DNA of 64,000 nt from Candidatus Hodarchaeota archaeon (GTDB lineage Archaea; Asgardarchaeota; Lokiarchaeia; Sigyniarchaeales; SOKP01): positions 128,001 to 192,000 of the forward strand of contig JBHLKM010000006.1 in the NCBI GenBank assembly GCA_048886685.1, read 5' to 3'. The notes under the pieces are model-generated. The model was not told the DNA's origin. It was given only the letters and a program-made list of their open reading frames with translations, and did no database searches. Within the stretch, counting starts at the first letter, position 1, and each line of letters starts with the position of its first letter. Made by a program: the position numbers and the translations under genes. Below are positions 51,901 through 59,755 of this stretch, in pieces.

Positions 51901-53345
51901 ACAATAAATCCACCTGTTCCCTTAGCACTATTATTTACAATGAAGATTTCTGTGTTGGGTACTATTCTTCCATCAACGTCTTTAGCTATAACAGTAACAT
52001 CAGATTTACGAGCCTGTAACTCTTCTATTGAAGTAGTAAGTGTATAATTGAATCCCACATAATCTACTTGAAAAAATCCTGATCTAAGGTATTTAGCATC
52101 TCCATTTTCAAAACCCCAAGATCCAAGCTCTAAAAATATTTCTTCACCCATATAATCTGATATATCAAAAATTATATTTCCTGTTAAATCGTTATATGAT
52201 ATGCTAGTGTCCACTACAGGACCCTTAAAATGTTCCCATAAATTAGGCTGATTATTATAAACTTGACCTGTTTTTTGTGCATACCCTCCATATGCTTCAA
52301 TATAATTATTATAACCTGTTCCGATATTCTCATGTAAATCAACATCACTAGTATACTTTGAAGCCGTACCATTGCAAAGCCTGATGAAATAACCATCATT
52401 ATCTATAGTAGCACCACCTGCTTTATTTCTCTCAAAAATAAAAGTTCTTACATTACGCCACATATTTAAACTAATTTTACCTGTACCATCATTTATTACA
52501 GGAACTTTAAAAGGATAAGAATATAATGTCCCAACATAATCAAATGAACTTGCAGAAGTACCCACAGTAGCTGTTTTAGTTCCCCATTTGTATGCATAAT
52601 CACCATGCCCAACTCCCTCGAGATCGGTTGGATCGTTGATTACACTATACATAAAATTATCATAACTAGTTTCTGAGTTATTATATGATTCTAGATTAGA
52701 AACTATTAAATCATCAGTAACATAGTCAGTAGGATCATCTATAAAATTCCATCCATAAGGTATAAATTTAATACTTGTATCAGTATCAAATTCGAAATCA
52801 CCATTCTTGATCCAACCAAAACTATCTGTAACACCACTAGCTTCAGCATTTCCAGCCAAACTATTTCCAAAATATAAATATGTGTCACTTTCAGTTGCAT
52901 ATTGTAATATATCAGTATCAAACCATACAGTAGCTAAATCTGTAGATGGATAGTCTTTAACAACATAATATTTCAGTAAATTACCATTCTCTACGATTCT
53001 TATATCGTCTAAATCTGATTGAATTAGACTTCCTAATTCGGCATAATTAAATGTTAAACTAACTCCAAAATTAGTAAAATTCGCATTATAAGGGTTTGTT
53101 ATAGTAATTAATCGGCGATAGGCAAAATCAGTATCCCACCATGGATCATCTCCTAATAAACTTGACTTAAGCCCTGTTGGAGTGGAAAAATCATTAAAAT
53201 CATTATTTTCTTCATAAATATTCTCTGAATTGGTCGCAGAATTAAATAAATTTGTTAGATATGCTGGAAAAAGCATTATCACTAATGTTATTGAGAGTAA
53301 CAATACAATTTTTAATCGAATTTTATGTTTATTAAATGTTTTCAT
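48960..53345 (-). CDS. Large single-pass cell-surface protein: signal/anchor, DUF2341-like, CBM-like, Ig-like repeats, C-terminal TM, cytoplasmic tail
   Basis: WWDTDFAYRRLITI...DLDDIRIV...YLYFGN (DUF2341-like); IKNGDFE...GW; TM FYFILITASVVGVVGSIVAY and a tail homologous to that of 41871-46259. Confidence 0.85.
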   Translation of the reverse strand: MKTFNKHKIRLKIVLLLSITLVIMLFPAYLTNLFNSATNSENIYEENNDFNDFSTPTGLKSSLLGDDPWWDTDFAYRRLITITNPYNANFTNFGVSLTFNYAELGSLIQSDLDDIRIVENGNLLKYYVVKDYPSTDLATVWFDTDILQYATESDTYLYFGNSLAGNAEASGVTDSFGWIKNGDFEFDTDTSIKFIPYGWNFIDDPTDYVTDDLIVSNLESYNNSETSYDNFMYSVINDPTDLEGVGHGDYAYKWGTKTATVGTSASSFDYVGTLYSYPFKVPVINDGTGKISLNMWRNVRTFIFERNKAGGATIDNDGYFIRLCNGTASKYTSDVDLHENIGTGYNNYIEAYGGYAQKTGQVYNNQPNLWEHFKGPVVDTSISYNDLTGNIIFDISDYMGEEIFLELGSWGFENGDAKYLRSGFFQVDYVGFNYTLTTSIEELQARKSDVTVIAKDVDGRIVPNTEIFIVNNSAKGTGGFIVDSKVATDGKITFTDLPRGRYNITANYTLCSQEVEVFNSSKSGIGPYYFNGIDYTTDIQLDLWTIDFEVVDWDGIPLKYGYIEINESKGGAFLDSVTLDNNGRATFRWLNKSSYYYKVFYDNEDYGDFIPLALNESYIYRSQYIQDNAKFRDHTINLNESSVGSFSVSERIYTNGSKTELSNIKILKANITLTDMQNYLEDVSIYYIDKDDSTVGNLIYNKVYSATNITDDFIELDITHIDNDNLRSDNFEVYGLLVEVNGFNSTISNGMIKLDLIESCNIYNRTALARLNLRVIENYGSVESPEGDPRSATIKVVDDLTGQPLVNLSSFSDRDGYAFSPKNGYETPFWFLIGRKYNFSLDIANITDAPFNITYVDPPQWIPGLAKINEYNYTLHGDSSITFNLRLEGTGVNVTNYDTAFNTTGGTSEAFWEDDISFWAEFISTSDNWQTWDYVSEPPGNCYLTIKVAGSEEILISEKMTYVGNGNFTITVNSGLLSAGTDKEYYDVAISGYHPTYDNPTSIVYLVKIKALPTIITAHDYDTRILILDQTYTTNFNELINITVKYSIAESGFHLENALLTYSWIGLDPITFYSDPLNSQYYTFTLNSSDAQSTGIKVISISASLENYTRLSFPVYLNILERKTLLNDLTELVYLTPEVWVEDTRYFTFAYIDANSLEVIGDLTTASYSWHELDENGNPLTGPGYEGTGTLIQNPNRTYYVDFNTELREVGEYSLFITMQKISFEARFAFINLEIKLREFDYVLEANKKSKEANDQIKVDQGDIINFVINLVDLSRNNISLIDAQVSLNIRGVDIDFIPFISIPGIYTLNYSTSGIDTFISSKTLTAKITIEMINFTTREIPITIEVLMEEIFPGMPTFYFILITASVVGVVGSIVAYRVIQRARIPKHVKKIRKIKGYIKSKKKVSEISIPTKEEMTAKLFGDDWKELGLSIDETLGIQDLKTKKSSIKDRITKEGGENN

Positions 53346-53493
53346 AAAATCATCATTTCTTTATGTGTTTTTGTAGAAAAATTATTTACAAATATTATAA
53401 CAGAAGTTAAATAAAATATTATGCTTAAGGATAAAACATTGTGATAGAACTAAATGGTCATTCAATAGTCTCTTGCATTATTAAATCTAATAA

Positions 53494-54129
53494 TTACGAT
53501 TTCTTATCGAGCAAAAGAAAAACTTTTCGCTTTTTTTGCCTATTCGGGTTATCTATTATGAAATTTCCAATAAAATCTGTATGGTTCACAATTATTTTGC
53601 CTGTTTTGTCCATGAGTTCCTTATTTTTTGGATAAAATTGTATAACTATTCGTCCATCTGGTTTCAAAATCTTATAAAATGATGTTGAGAGATTTTTCAG
53701 CATTGAATACATCACTCTATCGTTTAAGTCCCTATATACCCATTGTAATGCTGAAATAGAAATAATAGCATCAAATGTATTTGGTTTAAAAGGAAGAAAA
53801 CACATATCCGCATTAATTGGATTTAAATCACTTATTTCATAAAAATATAGAAATTCTGAAATAATATCAAGAGCTACTATCCTATATCCTATTTCTTTTA
53901 AATATGTTGCGGCAAAGCCAGGACCACAACCAGCATCTAAAATCAGAGAGTCCTTCTTTTTAATATTTAAAAGTTCTAAAGCTCTTATTGTTATTTTTTC
54001 TTGAATTTTCATCATAGATTTAGAAGTGGCATATTGAGTTAAGACGTCCCCTCTAAAATAATCTGAAACATTTTCATATTCTTCTTCTGGTCTCTTCCTC
54101 TTTACATTGAAGCTATATTCGGTGTTCAA
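53494..54129 (-). CDS. Class I SAM methyltransferase, Bud23/WBSCR22-like (small-subunit rRNA m7G)
   Basis: RPEE, IQEKITIRALELL, ILDAGCGPG, FDAIISISALQW, QFYPKN, IDNP...KKRKVFLLL, in the same order as in yeast Bud23. Confidence 0.8.
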   Translation of the reverse strand: MNTEYSFNVKRKRPEEEYENVSDYFRGDVLTQYATSKSMMKIQEKITIRALELLNIKKKDSLILDAGCGPGFAATYLKEIGYRIVALDIISEFLYFYEISDLNPINADMCFLPFKPNTFDAIISISALQWVYRDLNDRVMYSMLKNLSTSFYKILKPDGRIVIQFYPKNKELMDKTGKIIVNHTDFIGNFIIDNPNRQKKRKVFLLLDKKS

Positions 54130-54284
54130 ATTAATGGGCTAGTAATCAAATTATTATTTTAGTAAATGAGATATAACCTTTTAAGTTTTAAATAATAAAC
54201 CAAAAATTTTATTTAATTCTAAATATTTATATTTTCATTCTATTTTAATTTATTAACTCTTTAATTCGTTAAAAAAGACTCATT

Positions 54285-54584
54285 ATGTCAGAGAAAGAAG
54301 AAAAATTACTGGTTAGAAAAGCCACATTAAATCTTAGAAGAAAATATGGCAGAACTAAACAGATAAATGTTGTTGAAAGAGATGCTTTTATACCCAAGAA
54401 TTTAGAAAAAGAAATAAGAGATTCAATCGCGAAGAAAAAAACGATTTTAGCATCAGATATCGCTTTAAAGTTTGATATTAGGGTTTCAACAGCAAAAATA
54501 CTTTTAAAACATTATGAAGAAGAAGGTTTAATAAGGCTACTGGATCCAACCTTAAAACTAAAAATTTATGTTCCTACTTCTTAG
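54285..54584 (+). CDS. rps25e: Ribosomal protein eS25
   Basis: Basic 99-aa protein with winged-helix pattern ILASDIALKFDIRVSTAKILLKHYEEEGLI...KIY. Confidence 0.75.
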   Translation: MSEKEEKLLVRKATLNLRRKYGRTKQINVVERDAFIPKNLEKEIRDSIAKKKTILASDIALKFDIRVSTAKILLKHYEEEGLIRLLDPTLKLKIYVPTS

Positions 54585-54717
54585 TATTTTCTAATCATTA
54601 TTGTTAAATCAAACTAATTATTTGGTTTCTTTCATACAAAAAGAAAGAATTTTATATTTGAGATGTTTTAAATTTCATAAGAAAACAGTAATGAAGCTTG
54701 TAATTTAAACTGACTTA

Positions 54718-54822
54718 GCAGATGTAGCCTAGCTGGTAAGACGCTGGCCTCGAGAGCATTTTTCGATAACCTAGAGAGCCAGTGCGCGTAAGCGCTCGGG
54801 GGTTCGATTCCCTCCATCTGCG
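54718..54822 (+). tRNA. tRNA-Ser(CGA) with a 22-nt intron at 37/38 (54755-54776)
   Basis: Acceptor GCAGATG/CATCTGC plus discriminator G, anticodon stem CTGGC/GCCAG, anticodon CGA at 54751-53, long variable arm GCGC-GTAA-GCGC, T arm GGGGG TTCGATT CCCTC; CCA not encoded. Confidence 0.9.
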
Positions 54823-54894
54823 CTTAATTAAATTATTCATTAATCTATTTGATGAACAAAAATTATTGATTTGCTTTTAGATAAATTGTAAGCT

Positions 54895-55827
54895 TTATTG
54901 GATAATTTGTAAGATTAGATTCTCCATTTGAGGCTTAGCTGATTCAATTTTATCTAAAAGTGTAACTGTCTTCTCTAAATCTTTTTGATCTTCTTCTACT
55001 ATGAATAACAAATAAAAATCTAAATTCCCAAATTTGAGGACTTCTATAACACCTGAAAATCTCTCCCCACTTTCGAATGAATCGGAAAATTCGAATAAAA
55101 TTCTGTTTTCTGAAACAATACGTTTTTGTAAATTTAGATATATCTCGTAAATTTTCATTTTTTGAGTCAACTGTAGGTGTGGACGATAAAATTCACCTAA
55201 AGTTATACCCTTATTGTCGAATAAGGCTATTAGAATTGCGTCATAGCTTTTACTAATTTCTGCAAATAAATTCGAGACCATCTCCATTTTCTCGAATAAC
55301 ATTGATAATCCGCTTGAAAAAGCGTCCATGACAGATTTGATATCAAATATAGTCGTTTCAAAGAAGAAAATATCGAAATCGTTAGAATATCTTGTTAATG
55401 CTTGCTTTAATGTGAGGATCCTTTTGTTTATTTCTACATTGTCCACAAGCTGGGGGTCGAACTTATGAAAGAGGATTGCCACTATTACATCCTCTTGGTA
55501 CTCCTTAAAAAATAATAATACTTCTTCCAAATAATCTATTGATTCAATATATCTATCAAAATCTTGAGCATCTATAACATAAAAAATTAAATCTATTCCA
55601 CTCAAGAATTTCTCTGGATGTTTTAAATAATCTTCCCGATATATTCGCTGTCCACCAAAATCTAGCCTTGAAAACTCTAAACCTAAAAATTTGAAGGAAT
55701 CACGAGCAATTCTTCTCGTAGGCATTAATTTGGCTATTTCTTCTTCAAAACCAAACCGTTTCGTGATCGCTGTAATAATACTGGTCTTACCGGCGTTATC
55801 AAGGCCTATAAATGCTATCTTTTTCAT
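54895..55827 (-). CDS. Small GTPase (Arf/Rag-like) with C-terminal roadblock/longin-like domain
   Basis: GLDNAGKT, PT, DFGGQ, HKFD, FETTIFD; C-terminal alpha/beta domain (IALFDNKGITLG). Confidence 0.9.
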   Translation of the reverse strand: MKKIAFIGLDNAGKTSIITAITKRFGFEEEIAKLMPTRRIARDSFKFLGLEFSRLDFGGQRIYREDYLKHPEKFLSGIDLIFYVIDAQDFDRYIESIDYLEEVLLFFKEYQEDVIVAILFHKFDPQLVDNVEINKRILTLKQALTRYSNDFDIFFFETTIFDIKSVMDAFSSGLSMLFEKMEMVSNLFAEISKSYDAILIALFDNKGITLGEFYRPHLQLTQKMKIYEIYLNLQKRIVSENRILFEFSDSFESGERFSGVIEVLKFGNLDFYLLFIVEEDQKDLEKTVTLLDKIESAKPQMENLILQIIQ

Positions 55828-55994
55828 ATGCTACATACCGTATCGTTTATCTAAAGAGTACTTACTAATTTAATCAAAATTCAATACAATTAATAAATTA
55901 TAGGTTTTAGTATAAAAAATATGATTCTTTTTATATTTAAGGTTAACGTTTAAATAAACTATGTGTTCATCCCACTATGAGAACTAAGTCTATA

Positions 55995-56276
55995 TTAACC
56001 ACCTGCTAGAGCGAAAGATAAGTAAATATCGTCATTCTCGTTGAGTTGTGTTTTAAGGTTTTTCAGATATTTGATGTTTCTTCCATTCAACAGAATTAAA
56101 ATTTGAGGATTTAACTTGGTTCTACTTTTATCCAATAAATCATCACCAAGATTCACTTTATGCTCCTGTAAAAATTGGGAAATAATATCTCCAACGTTTT
56201 TACCTTCATATTCAATGAACTTCTTATTGATTTTTAGTTGGAAAATGTTTAGTAAGTGTAATTTTACTTTAACCAT
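55995..56276 (-). CDS. MoaD/SAMP/Urm1-type ubiquitin-like protein
   Basis: ILILLNGRNI...L...D.I ending in ALAGG. Confidence 0.88.
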   Translation of the reverse strand: MVKVKLHLLNIFQLKINKKFIEYEGKNVGDIISQFLQEHKVNLGDDLLDKSRTKLNPQILILLNGRNIKYLKNLKTQLNENDDIYLSFALAGG

Positions 56277-56369
56277 AATAATTTTTCAATTAAAGCGTTT
56301 AACTTACTCATATAAACAAAATATTCTTTTTAAGTTTATTTTTTATGAAAAGAATACAAATTTCTCGAA

Positions 56370-57965
56370 TTAAATAAATATAGTAATGTTATATGTACCT
56401 ACAGTTTTTATTTGACCCGTTTTCAAATTATGCTCTTTTAATACCATATATCCTTTTTTATAAATTTCGATTTCAATAAAAGCCTCATCAAATCTTTCAG
56501 ATCTAAGACTTCCACCATTAGAAAATACCGTATTATCAATTTTAACATTAAACGCGATGCTTGGTGTGCTATTTAAGCAAAGATCTATTTGAGAGCGGGA
56601 AAATTGAGAGAGTACATCTCCAGAATCAGTTAATTCTGTTCTCCATACACTTAAAGGGGTGGGAATTAAACTATGAAAACAACATACACCAAATATTTTT
56701 TGATGGCTGAGAGATAAAACTTTTTCTATAAATTTATGCATTCTATTTCGTCCGATAAACCCCTCAGTAGAATCTCGAGTTGTAGAATTTAATCCTTGAA
56801 AATATATTTTATCATTTTCAAACAAAGGATCAAATTCACCGAAATAATGTTTCCAATATACCCAAGCTGGAGGTTTTGAATCTGTATATCCAGGCACTAT
56901 TATATATGGGTATTCTAAATTATCCATTTTTTCTTTAGCTATTTCGAATTCTTCCTTATAACTATTTTGAGTTACATTTCCAGTATGTGCAACTAGGTCT
57001 ACATCGTTTATTTCATTTATGCGCTCAACTGCTTTATCAAGGTTAGTATTCATATTTTCTGATTCAGCATTGATTAAAGACTGAGATAACTGGATAAACC
57101 TACATAGTGGTTTTTGATCTTTTTTTATTTCTAAGGGAAGATAATAGTTAACCTCACGATGAATTTCATGCAAAGAATTAGAATCTAATATCGGAATTAC
57201 CTTAAAAGTAAGGTTATTTCCCTCAATATCGATGATCGCATACGTAAATAAATCGCGATATCTTGTTTTATTACAACAAAATGTACCCGCATTAAAAATA
57301 TATAGATCTTTTTCACTACTACTTAAAGTATATAAATTCCAAGTATGACGATGTCCATTTAAAACTAAATCTGCTTTTGCTTCTAAGAGCATCTTAAGCA
57401 TATCGCCTGAATCATCAATTGCAGACCTTTCCTTTCCAGTATTAGGAATCGGGATAAGTTGATGATGAAAACAAACTATCTTAAATTTGTTTTCTCTTTC
57501 TTTTTTTATTAACTCATCTCGAACTAATTCAATTATATCATGATGAATAATTCCCCCAGGTAAGTCTGGTTTAGTACTATCGATTCCGATAACGAATAAC
57601 TCATCATCCTCATATTCATAGTCTCTTCTCCCGATCATCTCCTCAAATAAACGGTATCCTACGTTCATCGCATCATGATTTCCAATTAAGATCATTAAAG
57701 GACATTTAGATACGGGCTCAAATTTTTTAAACTGCTCTAATGTGAATTCATATTCTAATAAGGTACCATTTTGAGTTATATCACCTAAATGCAAAAATAA
57801 GTCGACATCTTCAATCTTATTAATTTGCTCTATACCTAAATTATATGTATGTAAATTAAAGGGTCCACCTGACCGACTAATATGAGTATCAGAAATAATT
57901 ACGAGTCTTTTTTTTGTTTCAATTTTTTGTTTAATTCCTAATCTATTACTTTTTTCGGTTATCAT
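56370..57965 (-). CDS. Tandem calcineurin-like metallophosphoesterase (second domain degenerate)
   Basis: Domain 1: SDTH, GD, GNHD, HH, GHRH. Domain 2 has the same layout with SQS, GN, GYTD, NST. Confidence 0.88.
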   Translation of the reverse strand: MITEKSNRLGIKQKIETKKRLVIISDTHISRSGGPFNLHTYNLGIEQINKIEDVDLFLHLGDITQNGTLLEYEFTLEQFKKFEPVSKCPLMILIGNHDAMNVGYRLFEEMIGRRDYEYEDDELFVIGIDSTKPDLPGGIIHHDIIELVRDELIKKERENKFKIVCFHHQLIPIPNTGKERSAIDDSGDMLKMLLEAKADLVLNGHRHTWNLYTLSSSEKDLYIFNAGTFCCNKTRYRDLFTYAIIDIEGNNLTFKVIPILDSNSLHEIHREVNYYLPLEIKKDQKPLCRFIQLSQSLINAESENMNTNLDKAVERINEINDVDLVAHTGNVTQNSYKEEFEIAKEKMDNLEYPYIIVPGYTDSKPPAWVYWKHYFGEFDPLFENDKIYFQGLNSTTRDSTEGFIGRNRMHKFIEKVLSLSHQKIFGVCCFHSLIPTPLSVWRTELTDSGDVLSQFSRSQIDLCLNSTPSIAFNVKIDNTVFSNGGSLRSERFDEAFIEIEIYKKGYMVLKEHNLKTGQIKTVGTYNITIFI

Positions 57966-57971
57966 GTCTTT

Positions 57972-58709
57972 TCAGACTTCTTTTAATTTTGCAGGATGAC
58001 CTGAATAAATTGAATTACCTTTTAAGATATCATCAAAATTTGTGTAAGAATGGGCTGATAATTTTGAGTTTTTTTTCATAATGGTGCCTGGTAGTAGTAC
58101 ACATTTGGCTCCAATTATTACATTATCTTCTACATGAATCCTTTTTAATATAAATTTATCTTGTTCAATTCCAAAAGTTAGAAGTGTACTTCCCATTCCA
58201 ATAATAGCATTGTTACCAATATTTACAAACTCAGAAGAGATCCAACATGAATCACATAACGAATTCTTACCAATCTTAACTCCAAAAAATCTGAGAGTAA
58301 AACGATTTTTCAACCATGGAAAAGGATTTGATGCTGTAATAAAAAGTGCCCACTTTTTAGAAATATTTCGTAAATTCCAAAACAAATAATTTTTATCTTT
58401 TTTATCTCGAGTAAAAATCCCCTCTTTAGGGGTAAACATTAAATTAATAATTGTTAAAAATAAAGCAGAAAATAATATTGCACTTATCTGCAGAGTATAA
58501 ATTAAAACAAAGAAATTAAATGGGAGTAGTAAAAAGAAAATCAAATATAATCCTTTCTTCCATAAACAGAGCACATAAATATATTCAAATAAAGAGCACG
58601 GGATGAAACTCAAAATAATGATTATTAAATAAATGATAAGATGTTTATTTCTGACTCTCTCATCTATGGGCGTAGGTGAATCACCTTTTAAACTTGCAGG
58701 TTGAAACAT
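57972..58709 (-). CDS. Membrane protein with left-handed beta-helix (hexapeptide) acyltransferase-like domain
   Basis: Two TM helices, PKEG, RFFGVKIGKN, VNIGNNAIIG, VIIGAKCVLLPG, GHPA. Confidence 0.8.
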   Translation of the reverse strand: MFQPASLKGDSPTPIDERVRNKHLIIYLIIIILSFIPCSLFEYIYVLCLWKKGLYLIFFLLLPFNFFVLIYTLQISAILFSALFLTIINLMFTPKEGIFTRDKKDKNYLFWNLRNISKKWALFITASNPFPWLKNRFTLRFFGVKIGKNSLCDSCWISSEFVNIGNNAIIGMGSTLLTFGIEQDKFILKRIHVEDNVIIGAKCVLLPGTIMKKNSKLSAHSYTNFDDILKGNSIYSGHPAKLKEV

Positions 58710-58711
58710 AG

Positions 58712-59557
58712 TTATTTATCATCTCCATCCTTATTTTCGACAGGTTTCTTAATAATTCTTTCTACTTTTTCTTGAGACTCTTCTAATGTTTGGATTGGAA
58801 ATGTCATACTTACTGGAGTCCCAACATGAATCAAATCACTCTCTAATTCTTGCCCTAACCAAGTATAACTATTTGCTCCTAAAACGGCTCCATCTTGCAT
58901 AATTGTACCTGGACTGACGATTGTTTGAGGTCCAACAACACAAGCTTTACCAATTTTTACCTTTTTTATTATCATTTTCTCATGATATATCATATGGGAA
59001 AAGATACATATGTTCAAAGAGGTCATAGTAAAATCTCCTATTTCTATAAACTCAGGATCAATGTAACCTTCATATGCAACTACATTTTTTCCAATCGAAA
59101 CCCCAAAGAAGCGGTAAACAAAAATATCAGACCAGGGTATGGGTAATGCCCTTGCCAGCCAAATAGGGAAATACGCATTCCAAAATCTGCGATGAGTATA
59201 TTTCCACTCTTTACTGCCTCTTTTGAATACGCCTTCTTTTGGAGGACACAGTTTGCTTAAAATTTTATTGATACCCGCTGAAAATATAATAATAGAAAAG
59301 GCAAATAAAAATACATTACCATAAAGGTTTAAAGGTAATAATAACCAATAATACCATTGAGCAGTAACGCCTATAGATAAAAATTGAGTTCCTGTAAGAA
59401 GATAATATAGTTGGTTGACAAACCAAAGATTAATAAAAACTAAAACCATTCCCCCAATAAATAATTGTAGGAGAATTATTAATGTAAATGGAGTTTTATA
59501 AACACCTGAGGTTGATATATATTCAATTTTGATTTGTGAGTTATCTGTATTGTTCAT
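58712..59557 (-). CDS. Membrane protein with hexapeptide-repeat acyltransferase-like domain (paralogue)
   Basis: Two TM helices, PKEGVF, RFFGVSIGKN, IEIGD, VKIGKACVVG, GTP. Confidence 0.8.
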   Translation of the reverse strand: MNNTDNSQIKIEYISTSGVYKTPFTLIILLQLFIGGMVLVFINLWFVNQLYYLLTGTQFLSIGVTAQWYYWLLLPLNLYGNVFLFAFSIIIFSAGINKILSKLCPPKEGVFKRGSKEWKYTHRRFWNAYFPIWLARALPIPWSDIFVYRFFGVSIGKNVVAYEGYIDPEFIEIGDFTMTSLNICIFSHMIYHEKMIIKKVKIGKACVVGPQTIVSPGTIMQDGAVLGANSYTWLGQELESDLIHVGTPVSMTFPIQTLEESQEKVERIIKKPVENKDGDDK

Positions 59558-59755
59558 TTAATCTATCTAACTTCACTAATGATTTCCTTATAATATATTA
59601 TAATTTTGAAAATAATTAAATCATAATACTCAATTCAAATATTTGATACCCTAAAGTCAAAAAAAATTAAAAGCTTAATTCAATATGATATATATATTAT
59701 TATCAAAATAATTCAATAAATCAAAGTTAAATATATTTGAATAGATCAAAGGTGA

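Noticed and set aside
40755-53345. Mobile element or provirus explaining the duplicated cassette near the tRNA
   Set aside because: No integrase, transposase, terminal repeats or tRNA-end duplication seen; the paralogues are well diverged, implying an old duplication.
54718-54822. tRNA-Sec to accompany the selenoproteins
   Set aside because: Anticodon is CGA, not TCA, and the acceptor stem is the standard 7 bp.
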